From the sequence record MW349128.1: DNA of 64,000 bases; one strand, given 5' to 3'. The notes under the pieces are model-generated. The model worked only from the letters and a program-made list of their open reading frames with translations. It searched no databases and had not been told where the DNA came from. This document shows, piece by piece, positions 39,338-50,675 of the stretch; position 1 is the stretch's first letter; each line of letters opens with the position of its first letter. A program made the position numbers and the translations under genes.

Positions 39338-41281
39338 ATGAATTGGATAATGGAAAAACGTACTATTAAAGTTATTAGAAGAGATATACTTGATGAAGTT
39401 CAAGATTCTATTAGAGAAGATAGAAGTTATGATAAAGAAAAATTAGTTAAACTTGGTAAAGAATTAATGGAGAATAGTATATTTGTATTATATACTTCAG
39501 ATGTAGATATCTATGGAGTTATGTTAATGACTGTAGAAAAGATTATTGATTTAGAAGTACCTGAAGCTACATTTTCAGTATATGATGAAGATAAAGGATA
39601 TAGAATTGGTATTAATCCAATACTATTAGCTACTACAGTTGATAAAGATGAGGAAATTATTTCTATGTTCCTACATGAAGCTATGCATGTTGCTCATGGA
39701 CATTTGATTGAATTTAGAATGTTAAAGAATAAGGAAGATCAACAATTGAAAATGATAAGTCACTTAGGTATGGATTTATCTATATTTGAAATTGAAGAAG
39801 ACTTCCAATTAGGTAAACGTGAAGCTAATACAAGTAAAAAAGTATTACCTGAAATTGCACCTAATGTAGATAAGATTGAAAAGTACATTCAAGATAAATT
39901 TAATAAGACAGATTTTAAATTAAATCACAAAGATGGTTCTCATTATTATATTAAAGAATTAGTAGATGTATATAGAGAAAATGAAGAAGAAGATTTGTTT
40001 GAATCTATGGGACAATCTATTCAAGATATGATTCAAGAAGCTTCTGAGAAACAAAATGAAAGAAGTGAAGAATCATTAGAACAAGAAAATGAACAGTTGA
40101 AAGATATGTTGGATAAATTAAAAGATATAGAAGAAAAGAATGATTTATCAAAACAACTTTCCAATAATAAAATTGATGATTCAGATATTGATGACTTTGA
40201 AAAACAAGCTCAAGATTATATGAATCAGTTAGATGATTTGAATGGTAATAATGAAAAAGAAAGTAATGATACTAAAAGTCAAAAAGAAATTGAAGAAAAG
40301 ATGAATGATTTATTAGATTCTATGAAAGATAATAGTAATAATAATGATTTTGATCAATCTAATAATTCTGATTTATCTGACAAAATTCAAGAAATGAAAT
40401 CAAACTTATTAAATCAGATGATTCAAAATAGTATGCAGCAAGGTTCTGAAGGTATGCAAGGTGAAGATAGTGGAATGAGCAATGGTCAAAATATTAGTGA
40501 AATGGGAAGTAATATGACTATGTCTTCTTCATTAGAAGGTAATAAAAAATATGAAGATAGATTTGATGTTAATCCATTACAAAATGATGCTACTGAAGAA
40601 AGAATGAAAGATCAACTTCATGAATTATTAACTAACGCTGTTAGCAATAGTAGAGGTGATACTCCAGCTCATATTAAAGAACAAATTGAAATACTGAAAC
40701 GTAAACCAAAAATTAAATGGCAAGATTTCTTAAAATCTAAAGTTGGTAAGAAACGTGCAGACACTAGAAAAACTATTTTAAGACGTAATAGAAGACAACC
40801 TTATCGTAATGATGTTAGAGGAACTTTACCTGGTAAGAAATTAGGAAAAGTGTTTGCAGCAATTGATACTTCAGGTTCAATGAGTAAAACTGAAATTGAA
40901 GAAATTATTGCTGAATTATATTATATCAGTAAAGATATGAAGATTGATTTAGTTTTATTATTCTTCTCTACAGATGTAGAAGAAGTTGTAGAAGTAACTA
41001 GACCTAACCAATTTAATAATTATGTAATGGGTCGAGGAGGAACTTATTTTAGTTCTGTATTTGATTATTTAAATGATGATAATAATAAAAATAAATACAA
41101 TGTAACAAAAGATGACATTTTACTATTCTTCTCAGATGGTTTTGGAGAGCCGGAAGTTGATTATGGTGTATTAAAAGATATTATTTGGGTTATCACTGAA
41201 GATGAGAAAAACTTATCAGTTAATGATCCAAAAGGTAAAGTACTAAAATTAGAAATAGATAATAATCGTAATAATTTCTAA
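39338..41281 (+). CDS. DUF2201-type HExxH metallopeptidase-like / vWA protein (start probably 39350)
   Basis: FLHEAMHVAHGH; MIDAS AIDTSGSMS, GRGGT, FFSDG; adjacent to the MoxR ATPase. Confidence 0.85.
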   Translation: MNWIMEKRTIKVIRRDILDEVQDSIREDRSYDKEKLVKLGKELMENSIFVLYTSDVDIYGVMLMTVEKIIDLEVPEATFSVYDEDKGYRIGINPILLATTVDKDEEIISMFLHEAMHVAHGHLIEFRMLKNKEDQQLKMISHLGMDLSIFEIEEDFQLGKREANTSKKVLPEIAPNVDKIEKYIQDKFNKTDFKLNHKDGSHYYIKELVDVYRENEEEDLFESMGQSIQDMIQEASEKQNERSEESLEQENEQLKDMLDKLKDIEEKNDLSKQLSNNKIDDSDIDDFEKQAQDYMNQLDDLNGNNEKESNDTKSQKEIEEKMNDLLDSMKDNSNNNDFDQSNNSDLSDKIQEMKSNLLNQMIQNSMQQGSEGMQGEDSGMSNGQNISEMGSNMTMSSSLEGNKKYEDRFDVNPLQNDATEERMKDQLHELLTNAVSNSRGDTPAHIKEQIEILKRKPKIKWQDFLKSKVGKKRADTRKTILRRNRRQPYRNDVRGTLPGKKLGKVFAAIDTSGSMSKTEIEEIIAELYYISKDMKIDLVLLFFSTDVEEVVEVTRPNQFNNYVMGRGGTYFSSVFDYLNDDNNKNKYNVTKDDILLFFSDGFGEPEVDYGVLKDIIWVITEDEKNLSVNDPKGKVLKLEIDNNRNNF

Positions 41282-41290
41282 TATTAATTA

Positions 41291-41324
41291 TGTGGTAATG
41301 GGGATTAATTTCTCTATTACCACA
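41291..41324 (+). terminator. Hairpin, probable terminator
   Basis: TGTGGTAATGGGGA-ttaatt-TCTCTATTACCACA. Confidence 0.65.
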
Positions 41325-41371
41325 TATTATATTTTATTTTTTATATATTGAAAGGAATGAATATTTAGGAT

Positions 41372-43594
41372 ATGGAAAATTTTGTAAAAGATGAGATAGA
41401 AAAATTATTTAATGTAACTATATATAATAAAGAATTTTGTGATTTAGATGTTATGTACAATAGAAAAGATACGAATACTAGAACCTTTTTAACTGATAAT
41501 TTGAAAAGTAGAATAGAAGAAAATTTAATTAATCTCATTAGATACTCGTATGGTGATGTCAAACAAAAAGTAATGGTTAGAGATAATGAATATAGAAAAA
41601 ATTATAAAGATTTTTTAATGAACCATCCTGATATTAATACAGAAGGTTTATTGGATGAAAATGAAGAAGGTATTTCTATTTTTAGAGATCCGTATGGTGA
41701 TAACAGCACAATAAGAGATTCAGATATTATAAATAATGTAAATAGACGTGAGGATATTTTTACAAATAAAGGTGAACGACTAGATAATGGTACTAAATTA
41801 AAAGATACTTTTGTACTTAGAAATATGTCTATAAATTATAATAATGTAATTACGGATAGATTAGAAACTGATATAAAATTCTTCCAATCTGATTCCTTTA
41901 TTGATGAAAATAATAAAATATCTGAATTATCTTTTGAAAATATATTATGTATTGATGAGACAGTATCTATTAGGGAAAGAAGAAAATGGTATAAATCAAT
42001 AGAAAAAGAATCCATTCCAAATATGAATATCATATATAAATATGTACCAGAGGTAATGAAATTTATAGCTACAGGTATATATAAAACTACTAACTTTAAA
42101 CCAGATATATACCACTTTATTGGATTAGAATATTTATTGTTTGTAGGTGCATATAGAGGATATAACAGAAACAGTTATTATTCTCTTGCAAATCTAATGA
42201 TGTTATTAAATAATTTAATTAGAGTTAATGATATCAATAATATTATTGATGATCAAAAATTAAAATATTCTGATTTTAGAAAAAGATTGGATAGAAATGT
42301 AATTGAAATTAAAAAAGATAAAAATATATCATTAGAAGGATTCATGATACAAAGAAATGATTTAAATAAAAGAATTTTAAGTGAATTTAATGATGTTCTT
42401 AATAAATTAAATAAAAATTTAGATATTAATGAGAATATAAAAATTGGTTTTAATAATACCTTAGATAAATCAATTGAAGAAGTTATTAAAGATAATAATT
42501 CAGGTATTTCTAGTTATACAATTGATAAAGTTAAAGAAAAATACAATAATATATTATCTAGTATTATTGATGAAATTAAAAACTCTATAGGTTATATAAA
42601 TCAAGAAAATATAATTAATTATTTCCTTGATGAAAAAGCTAATGAAAAAGTAGAACAATTAGATGATTTTGAAATTAGAATTTTTAATAAATATAATTCT
42701 TTAACGAATCTAAGCAATGAAGATAAATTTTATATTAAAGATTTAAATGATGAAAATCTTATAAGAAAGTTAATTGAAGTTATTAAAAAATATAATAAAA
42801 AAATAGATATTGACGCAACTAATATTGATTTCAGTAAATTAAAAGATTCAACATATGATTTAATTAGTTCTCTTGAAAATGATAATTTTATGAAAATAAC
42901 GATGTCTCCTTCTTTAGATAATATAGATTATTTCACTAAAATGTGTATTAAAGATATAAATGAATTTGATAGAGATTATTTAATTAAAAATTACAAAAAG
43001 ATTTTTGAAGAAATAGACAGTAAGAAAAATGATCATAAAAATATAATAAGTGTTAGTCTAGACAATTTTATAATTAACTTTAATAAATTTACTGGTTTTG
43101 GATCGAATAATATATTAACTGAAAGTGTTAGAATTATTAATAATGATCTAAGTATTGAGGATGTATCATTAATATTCTTAATTTCAATTAATGGATTTAA
43201 ACAAGAAAATGAAGATTTAGAAATTACAAGTACAGATAATATGATTTCTTCATTTAGAGAGGAAGTAGATTATAAAGGACAAACAACTTCATTGAATGCA
43301 ATTAAAAATATATTTATAGACGGTAATTATGAGTCTATTTCAAATATACTTTTACTATTATTTGGAAATATTAATTTCAACCAACCGTATAATAATTTTT
43401 ATTTAGAAAAGCTTAATACAAGTTCAAAATATTTCTTAAATTCAGAATTTGCTTACAAAGATAATGAAGGTAAAATTAAAAGTGGAAGTTTCAATAATTT
43501 CATTAAAGATAATAAAGATAATTTAAATTCTGAAGTATTGAATAAATTTAGAAAATACAGAACTAAATACCTAGCAAGAAATATATTTTTATAA
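41372..43594 (+). CDS. Hypothetical protein, 740 aa
   Basis: Long ORF, no recognised motif. Confidence 0.8.
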   Translation: MENFVKDEIEKLFNVTIYNKEFCDLDVMYNRKDTNTRTFLTDNLKSRIEENLINLIRYSYGDVKQKVMVRDNEYRKNYKDFLMNHPDINTEGLLDENEEGISIFRDPYGDNSTIRDSDIINNVNRREDIFTNKGERLDNGTKLKDTFVLRNMSINYNNVITDRLETDIKFFQSDSFIDENNKISELSFENILCIDETVSIRERRKWYKSIEKESIPNMNIIYKYVPEVMKFIATGIYKTTNFKPDIYHFIGLEYLLFVGAYRGYNRNSYYSLANLMMLLNNLIRVNDINNIIDDQKLKYSDFRKRLDRNVIEIKKDKNISLEGFMIQRNDLNKRILSEFNDVLNKLNKNLDINENIKIGFNNTLDKSIEEVIKDNNSGISSYTIDKVKEKYNNILSSIIDEIKNSIGYINQENIINYFLDEKANEKVEQLDDFEIRIFNKYNSLTNLSNEDKFYIKDLNDENLIRKLIEVIKKYNKKIDIDATNIDFSKLKDSTYDLISSLENDNFMKITMSPSLDNIDYFTKMCIKDINEFDRDYLIKNYKKIFEEIDSKKNDHKNIISVSLDNFIINFNKFTGFGSNNILTESVRIINNDLSIEDVSLIFLISINGFKQENEDLEITSTDNMISSFREEVDYKGQTTSLNAIKNIFIDGNYESISNILLLLFGNINFNQPYNNFYLEKLNTSSKYFLNSEFAYKDNEGKIKSGSFNNFIKDNKDNLNSEVLNKFRKYRTKYLARNIFL

Positions 43595-43603
43595 ATATGA
43601 TTT

Positions 43604-43616
43604 AAATATATATTAT
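43604..43616 (+). promoter_or_regulatory. Putative early promoter motif
   Basis: AAATATATATTAT followed by a hairpin at 43634-43663. Confidence 0.55.
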
Positions 43617-43692
43617 AAAAATGTAATAATTAGAGTGTAATATCATTAATTTGATATTACACTATTTTAATTTATAAGGAGATGAAATAGAT

Positions 43693-44937
43693 ATGGTAGA
43701 AGATTTATATGAAAATGATATATTTATCTTTGATTTAAAAAATAATGATTTAAATGAAGATGATAAATATATGGTTAATAAGTTTATTACAAATTTGTTC
43801 TATAGATATTCACTTGCAGAAGGTATAGATAATTTGAATATTTTAAATTCAAAAGAAGTAAAAATAAATGATAATATTAAGATTATCAAAATAAGAAATT
43901 TTAATAATTTAAAAAATGGTGACATATTAGCTTCATTAATATTAAATTATTACCATACTGAAAATTTAGATTTAAAAGAAATATTAAAGGATAATTTAAT
44001 TAAAGAAATAAATATGGAAGATAATTATTATATGAATAAAGATATAAATGTATTAATTAAATTTATGTATATCAGTAAATTTACTTATGATAATGATTTA
44101 AATGAAATTAATATTGATATAGATGAATATTTCTCTAACGAAACAGATATTGCATATATAGTTAAATTAATAAAAGATGAAGATATGAACTTCTTTAAAG
44201 AGAACACACATATAATGAGTTTAAAGTATATTAATGAAATAGGTATAACTCAATTATTTAATAAAATATTTTATACTAAATCTTTTAATAAAGATAAAGA
44301 AGAAAAATTTATTAAAACCGTAATTGATTATATTTATACTGGAACTAAAAATAAAACGTACAGTAATAAAATATTAATTATGAATGAGTTGTATGGTGTA
44401 TTTGGAAGAAAATATAAAAAACCTAGTAACGATATATTAAATTATATTGAAAATACAGTGGATAATATCATTAAGAATAAAGTTAAAGATAGTAAATATA
44501 AAGAATTTGATAAAAAGTATTTAATTGAAAGAATAAGAATTTTTAATAGAAATATAAAAGATATAGGTGTTTATAATAGAATAGATAATTATTTAAAATA
44601 TGATAAAGAAACTTACTTAGGTGATAATGATGATATAGTTAAAGCATTCTTTTTCAATAATTATCAATATGATAGTATTTTTCGTTTATGTGTAATATTT
44701 AAAAATAAATTACCTGAAAAGGAAAATGTTGAAGAATTCTTTATTAAATTATTAGATTTAATTAATAAAAATACAACTACAACAGAGAAGAAAAAACTTA
44801 TGAAAGATATTTTAAACCCTAGTTTTAATAATATTGATAAATTTAAATATAACGATCCAAGCTTTTTAGTTAGTAAATCTAAAGGAGAGCTTAAGAGAAT
44901 AATCATGCACAATACAGTTAAGAAAACATTTATTTAA
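43693..44937 (+). CDS. Hypothetical protein, 414 aa
   Basis: AAGGAG SD, long ORF. Confidence 0.8.
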   Translation: MVEDLYENDIFIFDLKNNDLNEDDKYMVNKFITNLFYRYSLAEGIDNLNILNSKEVKINDNIKIIKIRNFNNLKNGDILASLILNYYHTENLDLKEILKDNLIKEINMEDNYYMNKDINVLIKFMYISKFTYDNDLNEINIDIDEYFSNETDIAYIVKLIKDEDMNFFKENTHIMSLKYINEIGITQLFNKIFYTKSFNKDKEEKFIKTVIDYIYTGTKNKTYSNKILIMNELYGVFGRKYKKPSNDILNYIENTVDNIIKNKVKDSKYKEFDKKYLIERIRIFNRNIKDIGVYNRIDNYLKYDKETYLGDNDDIVKAFFFNNYQYDSIFRLCVIFKNKLPEKENVEEFFIKLLDLINKNTTTTEKKKLMKDILNPSFNNIDKFKYNDPSFLVSKSKGELKRIIMHNTVKKTFI

Positions 44938-44956
44938 AAGAAAGAGGTTATGCGAT

Positions 44957-45679
44957 ATGTTAGTAAAGGAGAATAAAGAAGTGAAGTTAAAGAATAGAGA
45001 CAGTATACGTATAGATCAATTAATGACAATTAATTTAAATGATCCATCTTCAAAGAATATTATTACTTTTCAGTTATTACTGGAAAGTAATATTTTAAGT
45101 TGTTATATTAAAGATAATCTAGATAAAACGTTATTTACTAAAAATGAGTTAAACAAATATGAAGAATTTATAAATTATACCATAGACAATTTTGAATCTG
45201 AAGGTATAAGAATTAATGGAAAAGAGGATAAATTTTTAACTGATCTATTAAGAAAAGCATCAATTAAAAGATTAGTTAAAATGGTAGACTCTGATACTAT
45301 GATTATTAATGATAAATATCTATTTATTAATCGATTAATTAATATAGGAACTAAAATTAAAGAAGATGATTCCAAGTATATTTCGGATGTAATATACATC
45401 AATTTTAAAGATGAAGTTAATCAAAATAAATTAAATAAAATTATATTAAATCCTAATTTACAATCTGTAATAGAATATCTAATTCATAGGAATTTAATTA
45501 AAGAAATTGATGAAAAAATATTATACAAATGGATTATGTTTTTAGATGAGAATATTAGTAAATGTAAAAGTACTGTATATTATAGGTTAAATCATAGCTT
45601 AGTTAGTTTAATAAATAAGTATAATAATATACAAGAAGCTAAAGGTTATTTAGGATATGAAAGATTAGAATTAGAATGA
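44957..45679 (+). CDS. Hypothetical protein, 240 aa
   Basis: AGAGG SD. Confidence 0.78.
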   Translation: MLVKENKEVKLKNRDSIRIDQLMTINLNDPSSKNIITFQLLLESNILSCYIKDNLDKTLFTKNELNKYEEFINYTIDNFESEGIRINGKEDKFLTDLLRKASIKRLVKMVDSDTMIINDKYLFINRLINIGTKIKEDDSKYISDVIYINFKDEVNQNKLNKIILNPNLQSVIEYLIHRNLIKEIDEKILYKWIMFLDENISKCKSTVYYRLNHSLVSLINKYNNIQEAKGYLGYERLELE

Positions 45680-45733
45680 TTTAATATTTTTAGATATTAT
45701 TATAGATAACTTTAAATAAGGAGAGAATAAATA

Positions 45734-45946
45734 ATGAACCCATCCAGTCCAACTAGTCCTCTAAACCCAGCTAATCCAGCTAGTCCAACTAATCCTGCAA
45801 ATATGTCAGATCATAATAATAATAGCCTTAACGAATCATTATTTAACTTTCCAGATTCTTTCTTAGAGTTTATAATAACGTTTGGTGTGTTAACAATTAT
45901 TTTATTTGGTATTTTCTTTGCAATTTCATTTATTAGAAATTATTAA
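45734..45946 (+). CDS. Small membrane protein with N-terminal NP/SP repeats
   Basis: MNPSSPTSPLNPANPASPTNPAN...; C-terminal hydrophobic helix. Confidence 0.75.
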   Translation: MNPSSPTSPLNPANPASPTNPANMSDHNNNSLNESLFNFPDSFLEFIITFGVLTIILFGIFFAISFIRNY

Positions 45947-45953
45947 AATATAT

Positions 45954-45985
45954 TCCCCTAATACTATTAATTTAGTATTAGGGGA
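45954..45985. terminator. Bidirectional terminator
   Basis: TCCCCTAATACTA-ttaatt-TAGTATTAGGGGA between convergent genes. Confidence 0.75.
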
Positions 45986-45998
45986 AAATTATTATTTT

Positions 45999-46274
45999 TT
46001 ATTTCTTACTGTCTAATTCAGCTAATTTTAATTTAGCTTTAGTCGCATATTTTTGACGGATTATATCACGCCATTTTTTACGAGCACGAGCAGCTTTTTG
46101 ATATTTAAAGTAAATTGGATCTTGAGCTTCTTTAGCAGCAACTAAAGCTAATTGGTTCAATCTACGTTTACGTTTAGTTTGTTCATCTAAACGCATGATA
46201 TTTTGCTCACGTAAAAGAGCTTCATCAGTAGCTTTCATAATTTGCTCTTCTAGTGGAGATAAATTATTAGACAA
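45999..46274 (-). CDS. Small basic protein, probably virion-associated, 91 aa
   Basis: Isolated minus-strand gene; near-match late motif AACAtactatTT upstream; NIMRL...AAKEAQDPIY...KY pattern. Confidence 0.7.
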   Translation of the reverse strand: MSNNLSPLEEQIMKATDEALLREQNIMRLDEQTKRKRRLNQLALVAAKEAQDPIYFKYQKAARARKKWRDIIRQKYATKAKLKLAELDSKK

Positions 46275-46406
46275 AATATTTCACATCTCTTTCTTAGATT
46301 TATTTAGTTTATTAATAAATAGTATGTTTTGTTAATGATAGTTTAAAAATTTTAATAATAAAGAATAACTAGATTTTTATAATTATGTAGGAGGTTAGTA
46401 AACCAA

Positions 46407-48697
46407 ATGACAACAGAATTAAAGAATAAAGAAGAAAGAAAAAGAGCTTTAACTGGATATTTAGAACAATTGGTATGGATGGTTCAAAAGAATAATCCTG
46501 ATTTTGATAAAGAAGAAATATTAAAAGAATGTAGAGAATTTGTAAAAGAAAATGTTAAACCTGTTATGACAGAGGTATCAGGTCAAGAAATGAATGTTGA
46601 TTCTTTATTACGTACAGTTATTAATTCAAATTTAATAGTAACTGGATCAGGTTCGATTTATCAAACACAATCACAAAGAAAAAATTTAAATGCAGAGATG
46701 TTAAAAGACTTCATTGATTCACGTAAAGTAGCTAAACATAATATGTTTATAAGTAAAGGTGTAGACGATGTTAAATATCATAAATATATGAATGAACAAA
46801 AAACAATTAAGATCTTGGCTAATAGTTACTATGGTGCTATGATACAAGGAAATAGTATTTTCTATGATCCTTATTCAGGACCTGCTATCACATATAGTGG
46901 TGTTGATATTGTTACGACTTCAGCAATAGCTTTAGAAAGATTTATAGGTAGTAAAATATTCTTTATGAATATTAGTGAGATTTATAATTATATCGTAAGA
47001 ATATGTCAAGAAGAATATAAAGATCATGATATTAAGATAAATTCAGTTCCTACTGATAATGAAATATTAAAAGGTTTATTGGATAACGTAGAATATAATT
47101 TCTCTGAAGATGAAGAAAATGATTTAAAAGAATTCTTTAGTAATTTAACTCAAGATGAGAAAAATAGAGTTTATTTTAAAAATAATCTTTATGGTTTATT
47201 AGATCACACTGATATATTTGATAATAAAATTAGTAAAATGACAGGTAGAGAAGATTTCTTAGATCCGAACGAACCACCTGAAGATATGATACCATTATTA
47301 GATGAATTATTTGATATATTAGAAGACTGGGTTATTTATAATTATCAAGATTACAATAGAATGTATAGAATGAATTATAAAAAACGTAGAAGTGTACTTA
47401 CAATCGATTATGATAACATGGTCGCTGCTTAAAGTAATTTAAGTTGATTCACATTATTAATTGCTGAGAAAGTATTTATTAAATTAATCAGCATCAATCA
47501 ATATGATTGTTCAACGACTAAATATAATGATACTCATAAAGAGTATATGATATAGTCTATTTTATATTTAAAAATATAATATTAAAGACAGATAGTAACT
47601 TCGTACATTTAGATCCATTATATCAAAAAATGAAAGAAAAGAAACCTGAAGATTTCCCTATTGCAGAAAATGGTTTAGAAGATAAATTAGAACAACGTGT
47701 AGGTAATATATCTATTATTAACTATCAAATTACTAAATTGCTAGAATTATCTTATCATAGATTCTGTAAAGATTTAGGATTAGAAGATGAACATTTAGGT
47801 GTTATATCTATGAAAAATGAGTATGTAAATGCTCCAGTATACAGTAATGTGTATTAGTAAATATTATTAATTGCTGAGACAAAATAAAATTAATCAGCAT
47901 CTTCAAATAATGAAGTTCAACGACTAAATATAATAATTCTTAATAATAAAGAATATGATATAGTCTAGTCTTATATTTAAAATATAAGTATAAACGTTTT
48001 ACTTGACAAACAGTTAACAACAGATAAAAAGAAAACTTATGCTTCATCAGTAATTCAACAAGAGGGTAATTTAGTTCAACCACCAGACTTAGATGTTAAA
48101 GGTATGGCTATTAGAAAAGTTAATACTAATAAACGTATTAGAGAATTATTTACTGAAATATTACAAAAAGATATCTTAGAAAATAAAACTGGAATTGATA
48201 GAATTGGAATTATACGTAAATATAAAGAAATTGAAGAAATGATTAAAAAATCATTAGAGAATGGTGATATTGAATTCTTAAAACCTGGTAAAGCTAATAA
48301 CGCAGAAGTATATAAAGATCCTTATACACAAATGAATTATAGAGCAGCTTTATCATGGAATTTAATGTATCCAGATAAAGAAATATCTCTTCCAGCAAAT
48401 ATCTTAATGGTTAAATTAAATATTAAATCATTTGGAGATATTAAGGATAAAGTTGATGATGAAGAATTATTAGATAAATTTAGAGAAGTATTTAGAAACG
48501 AAAGATTAGTTAAAAATGGAATGAATGTAATTGCAGTTGAAGGTAATACAATTCCTGAAGAATTTAGACCTTTTATTGATTATGATTCAATGATAGAAGA
48601 TCATATTAAACCAGGTAAAGATATTATTGAATCTATTGGAGTTAAAGTGTTAGAATCTTCAAATAGTTCTTTCGTATCAAATATGGTTAAATTTTAA
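46407..48697 (+). CDS. Family B DNA polymerase, split subunit with motifs B and C, spliced: join(46407..47408,47588..47822,47997..48697), 645 aa
   Basis: KILANSYYG (motif B); splicing restores VLTID|TDSNF (motif C) and MKNE|FLLDKQLTTDKKKTYAS; no motif A seen. Confidence 0.88.
47409..47587 (+). ncRNA. ORF-less mini group I intron polB-I1 (179 nt)
   Basis: P1 CGAU/GUCG; P2 with GUAA loop; P3 CATTAT/ATAATG; P7 GACTA/TAGTC; ends in G. Confidence 0.92.
47823..47996 (+). ncRNA. ORF-less mini group I intron polB-I2 (174 nt)
   Basis: P1 GAGU/GCUC; P10 UUUAC/GUAAA; same core motifs; ends in G. Confidence 0.9.
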
Positions 48698-48720
48698 AAA
48701 AAAAAAGGAGGGTATATTTA

Positions 48721-49224
48721 ATGAGATACTTTTTATTTAAACCTAAAAAGTTTCAAGAACTATTTGAAACTGAAAAGAAATTATCATCTGTCTTTGAATA
48801 TTATAGAGATATGAAAAAAGATATTGTATTTAAAGTTGATGAAAATGATGATATTTTTATGATGTTATATAATATTTTAAGTGATGAAATATTACCTTTT
48901 ATAAGATGTAAAGTATACAATAAAAAAGATGGAGAAATACTAAAAGCATCAGAATTATATGTCCCTATTAGTTTGGATATTCATAAAGAAATAAATATAA
49001 ATAAAAATAGTATAGAGTATGATTCTAACATGCCTTATAAACATGGTTTAATTGAATGTCCATCTATTGACGAAGATAATACTAACAATTATCTTCGTTT
49101 AAATTTTCAATATAATGACAAAGATGATTATTTTTATATTTACTTAAATGATATTTATGCTATTTTTGAAGAGATAGATAAAACAGAATTTATGAAAATA
49201 GAAACTAAAAAGAATTTTATGTAG
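48721..49224 (+). CDS. Hypothetical protein, possible distant member of the C-terminal-tag family
   Basis: Starts MRYFLFK, ends FEEIDKTEFMKIETKKNFM. Confidence 0.75.
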   Translation: MRYFLFKPKKFQELFETEKKLSSVFEYYRDMKKDIVFKVDENDDIFMMLYNILSDEILPFIRCKVYNKKDGEILKASELYVPISLDIHKEININKNSIEYDSNMPYKHGLIECPSIDEDNTNNYLRLNFQYNDKDDYFYIYLNDIYAIFEEIDKTEFMKIETKKNFM

Positions 49225-49283
49225 ATTGAAAAAATTTATTATTTTCATATAAAAATTCTTGCTTAATTTTTAATTTTATGTTA

Positions 49284-49296
49284 AAATATATATTAT
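49284..49296 (+). promoter_or_regulatory. Putative early promoter motif
   Basis: AAATATATATTAT. Confidence 0.55.
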
Positions 49297-49361
49297 AAAA
49301 ACGAGAATATGTCACTATTAAAATTAAACTTATTCTTAATAAATTTGGAGAGTGAAAAGAA

Positions 49362-50672
49362 ATGGCAAAACAATCAGATGTATTTAGTAAAAAGAAATCA
49401 TTATATAGAAAAAATGGTAGAAAAATACCTTCTAAGTTTAGAAAGATGGATGTAGATGGTACTTGGTTTTATAGATTTGATCATAATAGATTTATCATTG
49501 ATAATTTAACTAGATTTATGGAAGATAAAGAATTAAAAAAATTATTAAATGATTATAGAAATAATTATGATAATAAAGAAAAATTTAATAATGATTGTTA
49601 CTTCTTTGAATTAGATAAAGATATACCTAAATTAAATAAATCTCAATTAAAGATATTCTTCACTCATTTATCTAGAAAACATATTGGAAAAGATTTCTTA
49701 AAAAATATTACTTTGAAAGATAATTCTAAATTAGAAATAAAAGAATTTGATGATTTAGAAATATGGTCAAGAGAACCTGATAAAGAAGAAGTATATGACG
49801 TTGGTTATCTTGATATGAAAGATTATAGAATGATTGCTCATATTGATCATGAAAATGAAGAAATTGTTATTCATACAGATATTGAAGAAGAAAATCCAAA
49901 ATCATATAGTACTTTAATTAGTTCTTTAGAATCAATTGAAATTGATGATTATTATGAAGATATTAGCTCTGATGAAATAAGAATTAAATTAAATGACTTT
50001 AATTTAAGAAAAGTATTTAATAAGACTAATAGTAAAATATTTAAAGTTATTTTACCAGTTACTTATAATTATGAAGGTTTTGATGATCAAGTGTCCTTCT
50101 TATTTGATAATTTCAGTAAAACATATATTAAACAACTTGAAAAAGAAGAATACGATAAGAAAATGCCTATCGGAGGACAACCTTATCATTTAAGACCTGA
50201 AAATAGACCTTATTATGCTAAACGTAGAATAATTAAAGATTGGAATATTTATGAAATATTTGATGAAGATAAAGATGGATATAAATTATTCAGTGTTAAA
50301 GATGATCAAGGGTTTATTTATTTAATATACTATATTGGTAAGAATTATCATGGTAAAGGTATAATAGTTAACGGTAAAGAATCTCCAGAACTTCAAGATC
50401 CGTCTAATTATAGAAAATCAGTTAAATTAAAAGATATTTATTACAGTGTATTAATTTCACAAGCTAAATATAATCTAATGAAGAAAAATAAATTTGATAT
50501 TTATACAGCTTTTGATACATCCAACCCTAAATATATGACAATTTCAGATGAAGAAAATATTCATACAACTGATTTCTTAATACCTGAAAGACCATTTAAA
50601 ATTAGACAAACTAAATTTAGAGAAGATAAAATATCAAATTTAAAAGATAAATTCGTAGAGGAGTTTGAATAG
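49362..50672 (+). CDS. Hypothetical protein, 436 aa
   Basis: GGAG SD, long ORF. Confidence 0.8.
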   Translation: MAKQSDVFSKKKSLYRKNGRKIPSKFRKMDVDGTWFYRFDHNRFIIDNLTRFMEDKELKKLLNDYRNNYDNKEKFNNDCYFFELDKDIPKLNKSQLKIFFTHLSRKHIGKDFLKNITLKDNSKLEIKEFDDLEIWSREPDKEEVYDVGYLDMKDYRMIAHIDHENEEIVIHTDIEEENPKSYSTLISSLESIEIDDYYEDISSDEIRIKLNDFNLRKVFNKTNSKIFKVILPVTYNYEGFDDQVSFLFDNFSKTYIKQLEKEEYDKKMPIGGQPYHLRPENRPYYAKRRIIKDWNIYEIFDEDKDGYKLFSVKDDQGFIYLIYYIGKNYHGKGIIVNGKESPELQDPSNYRKSVKLKDIYYSVLISQAKYNLMKKNKFDIYTAFDTSNPKYMTISDEENIHTTDFLIPERPFKIRQTKFREDKISNLKDKFVEEFE

Positions 50673-50675
50673 TAT

